Source: Eledone cirrhosa (Eukaryota). Taken from it: 64,000 nt of DNA. A program made the translations under genes and the position numbers. Numbering within the stretch: the stretch's first letter is position 1; each line of letters opens with the position of its first letter. Of the stretch, positions 1 to 15,000 are shown piece after piece. The notes beneath the pieces were generated by a model. That model was not told the DNA's origin. It was given only the letters and a program-made list of their open reading frames with translations, and made no database searches. The stretch is from the NCBI GenBank assembly GCA_964016885.1, contig OZ024742.1:44764001-44828000 (forward strand). Direction: 5' to 3'.

Positions 1-1
1 T

Positions 2-3000
2 GACAATGATGATAGTGACGACAATGATGATAGTGGTGACAATGTTGATAGTGGTGACAATGATGATAGTGGTGACAATGTTGATAGTGGTGACGATGTT
101 GATAGTGGTGACATTGATAGTGGTGACAATGTTGATAGTGGTGACAATGATGATAGTGGTGACAATGTTGATAGTGGTGACAATGTTGATAGTGGTGACA
201 ATGTTGATAGTGGTGACAATGTTGATAGTGATGACAATGATGATAGTGGTGACAATGATGATAGTGGTGACAATGTTGATAGTGGTGACAATGATGATAG
301 TGGTGACAATGTTGATAGTGGTGACAATGTTGATAGAGGTGACAATGTTGAATGTGGTGACAATGTTGATAGTGGTGACAATGTTGATAGTGGTGACAAT
401 GGTGATAGTGGTGACAATGGTGACAATGTTGATAGAGGTGACAATGTTGAATGTGGTGACAATGTTGATAGTGGTGACAATGTTGATAGTGGTGACAATG
501 GTGATAGTGGTGACAATGTTGATAGTGGTGACAATGATAGTGGTGACAATGTTGATAGTGGTGACAATGTTGATAGTGGTGACAATGTTGATAGTGGTGA
601 CAATGTTGATAGTGGTGACAATGTTGATAGAGGTGACAATGTTGAATGTGGTGACAATGTTGATAGTGGTGACAATGTTGATAGTGGTGACAATGTTGAT
701 AGTGGTGACAATGTTGATAGAGGTGACAATGTTGAATGTGGTGACAATGTTGATAGTGGTGACAATGTTGATAGTGGTGACAATGGTGATAGTGGTGACA
801 ATGTTGATAGTGGTGACAATGATAGTGGTGACAATGTTGATAGTGGTGACAATGTTGATAGTGGTGACAATGTTGATAGTGGTGACAATGTTGATAGTGG
901 TGACAATGTTGATAGAGGTGACAATGTTGAATGTGGTGACAATGTTGATAGTGGTGACAATGTTGATAGTGGTGACAATGTTGATAGTGGTGACAATGTT
1001 GATAGAGGTGACAATGTTGAATGTGGTGACAATGTTGATAGTGGTGACAATGTTGATAGTGGTGACAATGTTGATAGTGGTGACAATGTTGATAGTGGTG
1101 ACAATGTTGATAATGGTGACAATGATGATAGTGGTGACAATGTTGGTAGTGGTGACAATGTTGATAGTGGTGACAATGTTGATAGTGGTGACAATGTTGA
1201 TAGTGGTGACAATGTTGATAGTGATGACAATGTTGATAATGGTGACAATGATGATAGTGGTGACAATGATAGTGGTGACAATGTTGATAGTGGTGACAAT
1301 GTTGATAGTGATGACAATGTTGATAGTGGTGACAATGTTGATAGTGGTGACAATGTTGATAGTGGTGACAATGTTGATAATGGTGACAATGATGATAGTG
1401 GTGACAATGATAGTGGTGACAATGTTGATAGTGGTGACAATGTTGATAGTGATGACAATGTTGATAGTGGTGACAATGTTGATAGTGGTGACAATGTTGA
1501 TAGTGGTGACAATGTTGATAGTGGTGACAATGTTGATAGTGGTGACAATGTTGATAGTGGTGACAATGTTGGTAGTGGTGACAATGTTGATAGTGGTGAC
1601 AATGTTGATAGTGGTGACAATGTTGATAGTGGTGACAATGTTGATAGTGGTGACAATGTTGATAGTGGTGACAATGTTGATAGTGGTGACAATGATGATA
1701 GTGGTGACAATGTTGATAGTGGTGACAATGTTGATAGTGGTGACAATGTTGATAGTGGTGACAATGTTGATAGTGGTGACAATGTTGATAGTGATGACAA
1801 TGTTGATAGTGGTGACAATGATAGTGGTGACAATGTTGATAGTGGTGACAATGTTGATAGTGATGACAATGTTGATAGTGGTGACAATGTTGATAGTGGT
1901 GACAATGTTGATAGTGGTGACAATGATGGGTGTGACAATGTTGATAGTGGTGACAATGATAGTGGTGACAATGTTGATAGTGGTGACAATGTTGATAGTG
2001 GTGACAATATTGATAGTGGTGACAATGTTGATAGTGGTGACAATGTTGATATTGGTGACAATGTTGATAGTGGTGACAATGTTGATAGTGGTGACAAGGT
2101 TGATAGTGATGACAATAGTGATAGTGGTGACAATGTTGATAGTGGTGACAATGATAGTGGTGACAATGTTGATAGTGGTGACAATGTTGATAGTGGTGAC
2201 AATGTTGATAGTGGTGACAATTTTGATATTGGTGACAATGATAGTGGTGACAATGATAGTGGTGACTATGTTGATAGTGGTGACAATGTTGATAGTGGTG
2301 ACAATGTTGATAGTGGTGGCAATGTTGATAGTGGTGACAATGATGATAGTGGTGTCAATGATAGTGGTGACAATGTTGATAGTGGTGACAATATTGATAG
2401 TGGTGACAATGTTGATAGTGGTGACAATGATAGTGGTGACAATGTTGATAGTGGTGTCAATGTTGATAGTGGTGACAATGTTGATAGTGCTGACAATGAT
2501 GATAGTGGTGACAATGATAGTGGTGACAATGTTGATAGTGGTGACAATGTTGATAGTGGTGACAATGATAGTGGTGACAATGATAGAGGTGACAATGTTG
2601 ATAGTGGTGACAATGATAGTGGTGCCAATGTTGATAGTGGTGACAATGTTGATAGTGGTGACAATGTTGATAGTGGTGACAATGTTGATAGTGGTGACAA
2701 TGATAGTGGTGACAATGTTGATAGTGGTGACAATGATAGTGGTGACAATGTTGATTGTGGTGACAATGTTGATAGTGGTGACAATGTTGATAGTGGTGAC
2801 AATGTTGATAGTGGTGACAATGTTGAAAGTGGTGACAATGTTGATAGTGGTGACAATGATAGTGGTGACAATGTTGATAGTGGTGACAATGTTGATAGTG
2901 ATGACAATGATGATAGTGGTGCCAATGTTGATAGTGGTGACAATGTTGAAAGTGGTGACAATGTTGATAGTGGTGACAACGTTGATAGTGGTGACAATGA

Positions 3001-6000
3001 TGATAGTGGTGACAATGATAGTGGTGACAATGTTGATAGTGGTGTCAATGATAGTGGTGACAATGTTGATAGTGGTGACAATGTTGATAGTGGTGACGAT
3101 GTTGATAGTGGTGATAATGATGATAGTGGTGAAAATGTTGATAGTGATGACAATGTTGATAGTGGTGACAATGTTGATAGTGGTGACAATGTTGATAGTG
3201 ATGACAATGTTGATAGCGGTGACAATGTTGATAGTGGTGACAATGTTGATAGTGGTGACAATGTTGATAGTGGTGATAATGATGATAGTGGTGACAATGT
3301 TGATAGTGATGACAATGTTGATAGTGGTGACAATGTTGATAGTGGTGACAATGTTGATAGTGATGACAATGTTGATAGCGGTGACAATGTTGATAGTGGT
3401 GACAATGTTGATAGTGGTGACAATGTTGATAGTGGTGACAATGTTGATAGTGGTGACAATGTTGATAGTGGTGATAATGATGATAGTGGTGACAATGTTG
3501 ATAGTGATGACAATGTTGATAGTGGTGACAATGTTGATAGTGGTGACAATGTTGATACCGGTGACAATGTTGATAGTGGTGACAATGTTGATAGTGGTGA
3601 CAATGTTGATAGTGGTGACAATGTTGATAGTGGTGACAATGTTGATAGTGGTGACAATGTTGATAGTGGTGACAATGTTGATAGTGGTGACAATGATGAT
3701 AGTGGTGACAATGATAGTGGTGACAATGTTGATAGTGGTGACAATGTTGATAGTGGTGACAATGATAGTGGTGACAATGTTGATAGTGGTGACAATGTTG
3801 ATAGTGGTGACAATGATAGTGGTGACAATGTTGATAGTGGTGACAATGTTGATAGTGGTGACAATGATGATAGTGGTGACAATGATAGTGGTGACAATGT
3901 TGATAGTGGTGACAATGTTGATAGTGGTGACAATGATAGTGGTGACAATGTTGATAGTGGTGACAATGTTGATAGTGGTGACAATGATAGTGGTGACAAT
4001 GTTGATAGTGGTGACAATGTTGATAGTGGTGACAATGTTGATAGTGGTGACAATGATGATAGTGGTGACAATGTTGATAGTGGTGACAATGTTGATAGTG
4101 GTGACAATGTTGATAGTGGTGACAATGTTGATAGTGGTGACAAGGTTGATAGTGATGACAATGTTGATAGTGGTGACAAGGTTGATAGTGATGACAATAG
4201 TGATAGTGGTGACAATGTTGATAGTGGTGACTATGTTCATAGTGGTGACAATGTTGATAGTGGTGACAATGTTGGTAGTGGTGACAATGTTGATAGTGGT
4301 GACAATGTTGATAGTGGTGACAATGTTGATAGTGGTGACAATGATAGTGGTGACAATGTTGATAGTGGTGACAATGTTGATAGTGGTGACAATGTTGATA
4401 GTGGTGACAATGTTGATAGTGGTGACAGTGTTGATAGTGGTGACAATGATAGTGGTGACAATGTTGATAGTGGTGACAATGTTGATAGTGGTGACAATGT
4501 TGATAGTGGTGACAATGTTGATAGTGGTGACAATGATAGTGGTGACAATGTTGATAGTGGTGACAATGTTGATAGTGGTGACAATGTTGATAGTGGTGAC
4601 AATGTTGATAGTGGTGACAATGTTGATAGTGGTGACAATGTTGATAGTGGTGACAATGATGATAGTGGTGACAATGTTGATAGTGGTGACAATGTTGATA
4701 GTGGTGACAATGTTGATAGTGGTGACAATGATAGTGGTGACAATGTTGATAGTGGTGACAATGTTGATAGTGGTGACAATGTTGATAGTGGTGACAATGT
4801 TGATAGTGGTGACAATGTTGATAGTGGTGACAATGATAGTGGTGACAATGTTGATAGTGGTGACAATGTTGATAGTGGTGACAATAATGATAGTGGTGAC
4901 AATGATAGTGGTGACAATGTTGATAGTGGTGACAATGTTGATAGTGGTGACAATGTTGATAGTGATGACAATAGTGATAGTGGTGACAATGTTGATAGTG
5001 GTGACAATGATAGTGGTGACAATGTTGATAGTGGTGACAATGTTGATAGTGGTGACAATGTTGATAGTGGTGACAATGTTGATAGTGGTGACAAGGTTGA
5101 TAGTGGTGACAATGTTGATAGTGGTGACAAGGTTGATAGTGATGACAATGTTGATAGTGGTGACAAGGTAGATAGTGATGACAATAGTGATAGTGGTGAC
5201 AATGTTGATAGTGGTGAGAATGATAGTGGTGACAATGTTGATAGTGGTGACAATGATAGTGGTGACAATGATGATAGTGGTGACAATGTTGATAGTGGTG
5301 ACAATGTTGATAGTGATGACAATGTTGATAGTGGTGACAATGATAGTGGTGACAATGTTGATAGTGGTGACAATGATAGTGGTGACAATGTTGATAGTGG
5401 TGACAATGATGATAGTGGTGACAATGATAGTGGTGACAATGTTGATAGTGGTGACAATGATAGTGGTGACAATGTTGATAGTGGTGACAATGTTGATAGT
5501 GGTGACAATGTTGATAGTGGTGACAATGTTGATAGTGGTGACAATGTTGATAGTGGGGACAATGTTGATAGTGGTGACAAGGTTGATAGTGGTGACAATG
5601 TTGATAGTGGTGACAATGTTGATAGTGGTGACAATGATGATAGTGGTGACAATGATGATAGTGGTGACAATGTTGATAGTGGTGACAATGATAGTGGTGA
5701 CAATGTTGATAGTGGTGACAATGTTGATAGTGGTGACAATGTTGATAGAGGTGACAAGGTTGATAGTGATGACACTGTTGATAGTGGTGACAAGGTTGAT
5801 AGTGATGACAATATTGATAGTGGTGACAATGTTGATAGTGGTGACAATGTTGATAGTGGTGACAATGTTGATAGTGGTGACAATGTTGATAGTGGTGACA
5901 ATGATAGTGGTGACAATGTTGATAGTGGTGACAATGATAGTGGTGACAATGTTGATAGTGGTGACAATTTTGATTGTGGTGACAATGTTGATAGTGGTGA

Positions 6001-9000
6001 CAATGTTGATAGTGGTGACAATGTTGATAGTGGGGACAATGTTGATAGTGGTGACAAGGTTGATAGTGGTGACAATGATGATAGTGGTGACAATGATGAT
6101 AGTGGTGACAATGTTGATAGTGGTGACAATGATAGTGGTGACAATGTTGATAGTGGTGACAATGTTGATAGTGGTGACAATGTTGATAGTGGTGACAATG
6201 TTGATAGTGGTGACAAGGTTGATAGTGGTGACAAGGTAGATAGTGATGACAATAGTGATAGTGGTGACAATGTTGATAGTGGTGACAATGATAGTGGTGA
6301 CAATGTTGATAGTGGTGACAATGTTGATAGTGGTGACAATGATAGTGGTGACAATGTTGATAGTGGTGACAATGTTGATAGTGGTGACAATGTTGATAGT
6401 GGTGACAATGTTGATAGTGGTGACAATGTTGATAGTGGTGACAAGGTTGATAGTGGTGACAACGTTGATAGTGATGACAATGTTGATAGCGGTGACAATG
6501 TTGATAGTGGTGACAATGTTGATAGTGGTGACAATGTTGATAGTGGTGACAATGTTGATAGTGGTGACAATGTTGATAGTGATGACAATGTTGATAGCGG
6601 TGACAATGTTGATAGTGGTGACAATGTTGATAGTGGTGACAATGTTGATAGTGATGACAATGTTGATAGTGATGACAATGTTGATAGTGGTGACAATGTT
6701 GATAGTGGTGACAATGTTGATAGTGGTGACAATGTTGATAGTGATGACAATGTTGATAGCGGTGACAATGTTGATAGTGGTGACAATGTTGATAGTGGTG
6801 ACAATGTTGATAGTGATGACAATGTTGATAGCGGTGACAATGTTGATAGTGGTGACAATGTTGATAGTGATGACAATGTTGATAGTGGTGACAATGTTGA
6901 TAGTGGTGACAATGTTGATAGTGGTGACAATGTTGATAGTGGTGACAATGTTGATAGTGATGACAATGTTGATAGCGGTGACAATGTTGATAGTGATGAC
7001 AATGTTGATAGCGGTGACAATGTTGATAGTGGTGACAATGTTGATAGTGATGACAATGTTGATAGTGGTGACAATGTTGATAGTGATGACAATGTTGATA
7101 GCGGTGACAATGTTGATAGTGGTGACAATGTTGATAGTGGTGACAATGTTGATAGTGGTGACAATGTTGATAGTGGTGACAATGTTGATAGTGGTGACAA
7201 TGTTGATAGTGGTGACAATGTTGATAGTGATGACAATGATGATAGTGATGACAATGTTGATAGTGGTGACAATGTTGATAGTGGTGACAATGTTGATAGT
7301 GGTGACAATGTTGATAGTGATGACAATGATGATAGTGGTGACAATGTTGATAGTGATGACAATGTTGATAGTGGTGACAATGTTGATAGTGGTGACAATG
7401 ATGATAGTGGTGACAATGATAGTAGTGACAATGTTGAAGGTGGTGACAATGTTGATAGTGGTGACAATGATAGTGGTGACAATGTTGATAGTGATGACAA
7501 TGTTGATAGCGGTGACAATGTTGATAGTGGTGACAAGGTTGATAGTGGGGACAATGTTGATAGAGGTGACAAGGTTGATAGTGAGTACAATGTTGATAGT
7601 GGTGACAATGATAGTGGTGACAATGATAGTGGTGACAATGTTGATAGTGGTGACAATGTTGATAGAGGTGACAATGTTGATAGTGGTGACAATGTTGATA
7701 GTGGTGACAATGATAGTGGTGACAATGTTGATAGTGATGACAATGATGATAGTGGTGACAATGTTGATAGTGGTGACAATGTTGATAGTGATGACAATGA
7801 TGATAGTGGTGACAATGTTGATAGTGGTGACAATGTTGATAGTGGTGACAATGTTGATAGTGGTGACAATGATAGTGGTGACAATGTTGATAGTGGTGAC
7901 AATGTTGATAGTGGTGACAATGTTGATAGTGGTGACAATGTTGATAGTGGTGACAATGTTGATAGTGGTGACAAGGTTGATAGTGGTGACAAGGTTGATA
8001 GTGATGACAATGTTGATAGTGGTGACAAGGTTGATAGTGATGACAATAGTGATAGTGGTGACAATGTTGATAGTGGTGACAATGTTGATAGTGGTGACAA
8101 TGTTGATAGTGGTGACAATGATAGTGGTGACAATGTTGATAGTGGTGACTATGTTCATAGTGGTGACAATGTTGATAGTGGTGACAATGTTGGTAGTGGT
8201 GACAATGTTGATAGTGGTGACAATGTTGATAGTGGTGACAATGTTGATAGTGGTGACAATGTTGATAGTGGTGACAATGATAGTGGTGACAATGTTGATA
8301 GTGGTGACAATGTTGATAGTGGTGACAATGTTGATAGTGGTGACAATGTTGATAGTGGTGACAATGATAGTGGTGACAATGTTGATAGTGGTGACAATGT
8401 TGATAGTGGTGACAATGTTGATAGTGATGACAATAGTGATAGTGGTGACAATGTTGATAGTGGTGACAATGTTGATAGTGATGACAATAGTGATAGTGGT
8501 GACAATGTTGATAGTGGTGACAATGTTGATAGTGGTGACAATGTTGATAGTGGTGACAATGTTGATAGTGGTGACAATGTTGATAGTGGTGACAAGGTAG
8601 ATAGTGATGACAATAGTGATAGTGGTGACAATGTTGATAGTGGTGAGAATGATAGTGGTGACAATGTTGATAATGGTGACAATGTTGATAGTGGTGACAA
8701 TGTTGATAGTGGTGACAATGATGATAGTGGTGACAATGATGATAGTGGTGACAATGTTGATAGTGGTGACAATGATAGTGGTGACAATGTTGATAGTGGT
8801 GACAATGTTGATAGTGGTGACAAGGTTGATAGTGGTGACATTGTTGATAGTGGTGACAATGATAGTGGTGACAATGTTGATAGTGGTGACAATGTTGATA
8901 GTGGTGACAATGTTGATAGTGGTGACAATGTTGATAGTGGTGACAATGTTGATAGTGGTGACAATGTTGATAGTGGGGACAATGTTGATAGTGGTGACAA

Positions 9001-12000
9001 GGTTGATAGTGGTGACATTGTTGATAGTGGTGACAATGTTGATAGAGGTGACAAGGTTGATAGTGATGACAATGTTGATAGTGGTGACAAGGTTGATAGT
9101 GATGACAATATTGATAGTGGTGACAATGTTGATAGTGGTGACAATGTTGATAGTGGTGACAATGTTGATAGTGGTGACAATGTTGATAGTGGTGACAATG
9201 TTGATAGTGGTGACAATGTTGATAGTGGTGACAATGTTGATAGTGGTGACAATGTTGATAGTGATGACAATGTTGATAGTGGTGACAATGTTGATAGTGG
9301 TGACAATGATGATAGTGGTGACAATGTTGATAGTGGTGACAATGTTGATAGTGGTGACAATGTTGATAGTGGTGACAAGGTTGATAGTGATGACAATGTT
9401 GATAGTGGTGACAAGGTAGATAGTGATGACAATAGTGATAGTGGTGACAATGTTCATAGTGGTGACAATGATAGTGGTGACAATGTTGATAGTGGTGACA
9501 ATGTTGATAGTGGTGACAATGTTGATAGTGGTGACAATGATGATAGTGGTGACAATGTTGATAGTGGTGACAATGTTGATAGTGGTGACAATGTTGATAG
9601 TGGTGACAATGTTGATAGTGGTGACAATGTTGAAGGTGGTGACAATGTTGATAGTGGGGACAATGTTGATAGTGGTGACAAGGTTGATAGTGGGGACAAT
9701 GTTGATAGTGGTGACAAGGTTGATAGTGATGACAATGTTGATAGTGGTGACAAGGTTGATAGTGATGACAATATTGATAGTGGTGACAATGTTGATAGTG
9801 GTGACAATGTTGATAGTGGTGACAATGTTGATAGTGGTGACAATGTTGATAGTGGTGACAATGTTGATAGTGGTGACAATGTTGATAGTGGTGACAATGC
9901 TGATAGTGATGACAATGTTGATAGTGGTGACAATGTTGATAGTGGTGACAATGATGATAGTGGTGACAATGATGATAGTGACGACAATGTTGATAGTGGT
10001 GACAATGTTGATAGTGGTGACAATGTTGATAGTGGTGACAATGTTGATAGTGGTGACAATGTTGATAGTGGTGACAATGTTGATAGTGGTAACAATGATG
10101 ATAGTGATGACAATGTTGATAGTGGTGACAAGGTTGATAGTGATGACAATGTTGATAGTGGTGACAAGGTTGATAGTGATGACAATGATAGTGGTGACAA
10201 TGTTGATAGTGGTGACAATGTTGATAGTGGTGACAATGTTGATAGTGGTGACAATGATAGTGGTGACAATGTTGATAGTGGTGACAATGTTGATAGTGGT
10301 GACAATGTTGATAGTGGTGACAATGATGATAGTGGTGACAATATGGATAGTGGTGACAATGATGATAGTGGTGACAATGTTGATAGTGGTGACAATGTTG
10401 ATAGTGGTGACAATGATGATAGTGATGACAATGTTGATAGTGGTGACAATGTTGATAGTGGTGACAATGATGATAGTGATGACAATGTTGATAGTGGTGA
10501 CAATGATGATAGTGATGACAATGTTGATAGTGGTGACAATGTTGATAGTGGTGACAATGTTGATAGTGGTGACAATGTTGATAGTGGTGACAATGATAGT
10601 GGTGACAATGATAGTGGTGACAATGATAGTGGTGACAATGTTGATAGTGGTGACAATGTTGATAGTGGTGACAATGTTGATGGTGGTGACAATGTTGATA
10701 GTGGTGACAATGTTGATAGTGGTGACAATGTTGATAGTGGTGACAATGTTGATAGTGGTGACAATGATGATAGTGGTGTCAATGATAGTGGTGACAATGT
10801 TGATAGTTGTGACAATATTGATAGTGGTGACAATGTTGATAGTGGTGTCAATGATGATAGTGGTGTCAATGATAGTGGTGACAATGTTGATAGTGGTGAC
10901 AATGTTGATAGTGGTGACAATGTTTATAGTGGTGACAATGTTGATAGTGGTGACAATGTTGATAGTGATGACAATGTTGAAAGCGGTGACAATGTTGATA
11001 GTGGTGACAATGTTGATAGTGGTGACAATGTTGATAGTGATGACAATGTTGATAGCGGTGACAATGTTGATAGTGGTGACAATGTTGATAGTGGTGACAA
11101 TGTTGATAGTGGTGACAATGTTGATAGAGGTGACAATGTTGATAGTGGTGACAATGTTGATAGTGGTGACAATGTTGATAGTGGTGACAATGTTGATAGT
11201 GGTGACAATGTTGATAGTGATGACAATGTTGATAGCGGTGACAATGTTGATAGTGGTGACAATGTTGATAGTGGTGACAATGTTGATAGTGATGACAATG
11301 TTGATAGCGGTGACAATGTTGATAGTGGTGACAATGTTGATAGTGGTGACAATGTTGATAGTGATGACAATGTTGATAGCGGTGACAATGTTGATAGTGG
11401 TGACAATGTTGATAGTGGTGACAATGTTGATAGTGGTGACAATGTTGATAGAGGTGACAATGTTGATAGTGGTGACAATGTTGATAGTGGTGACAATGTT
11501 GATAGTGGTGACAATGTTGATAGTGGTGACAATGTTGATAGTGGTGACAATGTTGATAGTGATGACAATGATGATAGTGATGACAATGTTGATAGTGGTG
11601 ACAATGTTGATAGTGATGACAATGTTGATAGTGGTGACAATGTTGATAGTGGTGACAATGATGATAGTGGTGACAATGATAGTAGTGACAATGTTGAAGG
11701 TGGTGACAATGTTGATAGTGGTGACAATGATAGTGGTGACAATGTTGATAGTGATGACAATGTTGATAGCGGTGACAATGTTGATAGTGGTGACAATGTT
11801 GATAGTGGTGACAATGTTGATAGTGATGACAATGATGATAGTGGTGACAATGTTGATAGTGGTGACAATGTTGATAGTGGTGACAATGTTGATAGTGGTG
11901 ACAATGATAGTGGTGACAATGTTGATAGTGGTGACAATGTTGATAGTGGTGACAATGTTGATAGTGGTGACAATGATAGTGGTGACAATGTTGATAGTGG

Positions 12001-15000
12001 TGACAATGATGATGGTGGTGACAATGTTGATAGTGGTGACAATGTTGATAGTGGTGACAATGTTGATAGTGGTGACAATGTTGATAGTGGTGACAAGGTT
12101 GATAGTGATGACAATGTTGATAGTGGTGACAAGGTTGATAGTGATGACAATAGTGATAGTGGTGACAATGTTGATAGTGGTGACAATGTTGATAGTGGTG
12201 ACAATGTTGATAGTGGTGACAATGATAGTGGTGACAATGTTGATAGTGGTGACTATGTTCATAGTGGTGACAATGTTGATAGTGGTGACAATGTTGGTAG
12301 TGGTGACAATGTTGATAGTGGTGACAATGTTGATAGTGGTGACAATGTTGATAGTGGTGACAATGTTGATAGTGGTGACAATGATAGTGGTGACAATGTT
12401 GATAGTGGTGACAATGTTGATAGTGGTGACAATGTTGATAGTGGTGACAATGATAGTGGTGACAATGTTGATAGTGGTGACAATGTTGATAGTGGTGACA
12501 ATGTTGATAGTGATGACAATAGTGATAGTGGTGACAATGTTGATAGTGGTGACAATGATAGTGGTGACAATGTTGATAGTGGTGACAATGTTGATAGTGG
12601 TGACAATGTTGATAGTGGTGACAATGTTGATAGTGGTGACAAGGTTGATAGTGATGACAATGTTGATAGTGGTGACAAGGTAGATAGTGATGACAATAGT
12701 GATAGTGGTGACAATGTTGATAGTGGTGAGAATGATAGTGGTGACAATGTTGATAATGGTGACAATGTTGATAGTGGTGACAATGTTGATAGTGGTGACA
12801 ATGATGATAGTGGTGACAATGATGATAGTGGTGACAATGTTGATAGTGGTGACAATGATAGTGGTGACAATGTTGATAGTGGTGACAATGTTGATAGTGG
12901 TGACAAGGTTGATAGTGGTGACATTGTTGATAGTGGTGACAATGATAGTGGTGACAATGTTGATAGTGGTGACAATGTTGATAGTGGTGACAATGTTGAT
13001 AGTGGTGACAATGTTGATAGTGGTGACAATGTTGATAGCGGTGACAATGTTGATAGTGGGGACAATGTTGATAGTGGTGACAGGGTTGATAGTGGTGACA
13101 TTGTTGATAGTGGTGACAATGTTGATAGAGGTGACAAGGTTGATAGTGATGACAATGTTGATAGTGGTGACAAGGTTGATAGTGATGACAATATTGATAG
13201 TGGTGACAATGTTGATAGTGGTGACAATGTTGATAGTGGTGACAATGTTGATAGTGGTGACAATGTTGATAGTGGTGACAATGTTGATAGTGGTGACAAT
13301 GTTGATAGTGGTGACAATGTTGATAGTGATGACAATGTTGATAGTGGTGACAATGTTGATAGTGGTGACAATGATGATAGTGGTGACAATGTTGATAGTG
13401 GTGACAATGTTGATAGTGGTGACAATGTTGATAGTGGTGACAAGGTTGATAGTGATGACAATGTTGATAGTGGTGACAAGGTAGATAGTGATGACAATAG
13501 TGATAGTGGTGACAATGTTCATAGTGGTGACAATGATAGTGGTGACAATGTTGATAGTGGTGACAATGTTGATAGTGGTGACAATGTTGATAGTGGTGAC
13601 AATGATGATAGTGGTGACAATGTTGATAGTGGTGACAATGATAGTGGTGACAATGTTGATAGTGGTGACAATGTTGATAGTGGTGACAATGTTGATAGTG
13701 GTGACAATGTTGAAGGTGGTGACAATGTTGATAGTGGGGACAATGTTGATAGTGGTGACAAGGTTGATAGTGGGGACAATGTTGATAGAGGTGACAAGGT
13801 TGATAGTGATGACAATGTTGATAGTGGTGACAAGGTTGATAGTGATGACAATATTGATAGTGGTGACAATGTTGATAGTGGTGACAATGTTGATAGTGGT
13901 GACAATGTTGATAGTGGTGACAATGTTGATAGTGGTGACAATGTTGATAGTGGTGACAATGTTGATAGTGGTGACAATGCTGATAGTGATGACAATGTTG
14001 ATAGTGGTGACAATGTTGATAGTGGTGACAATGATGATAGTGGTGACAATGATGATAGTGACGACAATGTTGATAGTGGTGTCAATGTTGATAGTGGTGA
14101 CAAGGTTGATAGTGATGACAATATTGATAGTGGTGACATTGTTGATAGTGGTGACAATGATAGTGGTGACAATGTTGATAGTGGTGACAATGTTGATAGT
14201 GGTGACAATGTTGATAGTGGTGACAATGTTGATAGTGGTGACAATGTTGATAGTGGTGACAATGTTGATAGTGGTAACAATGATGATAGTGGTGACAATG
14301 TTGATAGTGGTGACAAGGTTGATAGTGATGACAATGTTGATAGTGGTGACAAGGTTGATAGTGATGACAATGTTGATAGTGGTGACAAGGTTGATAGTGA
14401 TGACAATGTTGATAGTGGTGACAAGGTTGATAGTGATGACAATGATAGTGGTGACAATGTTGATAGTGGTGACAATGTTGATAGTGGTGACAATGTTGAT
14501 AGTGGTGACAATGATAGTGGTGACAATGTTGATAGTGGTGACAATGTTGATAGTGGTGACAATGTTGATAGTGGTGACAATGATGATAGTGGTGACAATA
14601 TGGATAGTGGTGACAATGATGATAGTGGTGACAATGTTGATAGTGGTGACAATGTTGATAGTGGTGACAATGATGATAGTGATGACAATGTTGATAGTGG
14701 TGACAATGTTGATAGTGGTGACAATGATGATAGTGATGACAATGTTGATAGTGGTGACAATGATAGTGGTGACAATGATGATACTGGTGACAATATGGAT
14801 AGTGGTGACAATGATAGTGATGACAATGTTGATAGTGGTGACAATGATGATAGTGATGACAATGTTGATAGTGGTGACAATGTTGATAGTGGTGACAATG
14901 TTGATAGTGGTGACAATGTTGATAGTGGTGACAATGTTGATAGTGGTGACAATGTTGATAGTGGTGACAATGATAGTGGTGACAATGATAGTGGTGACAA

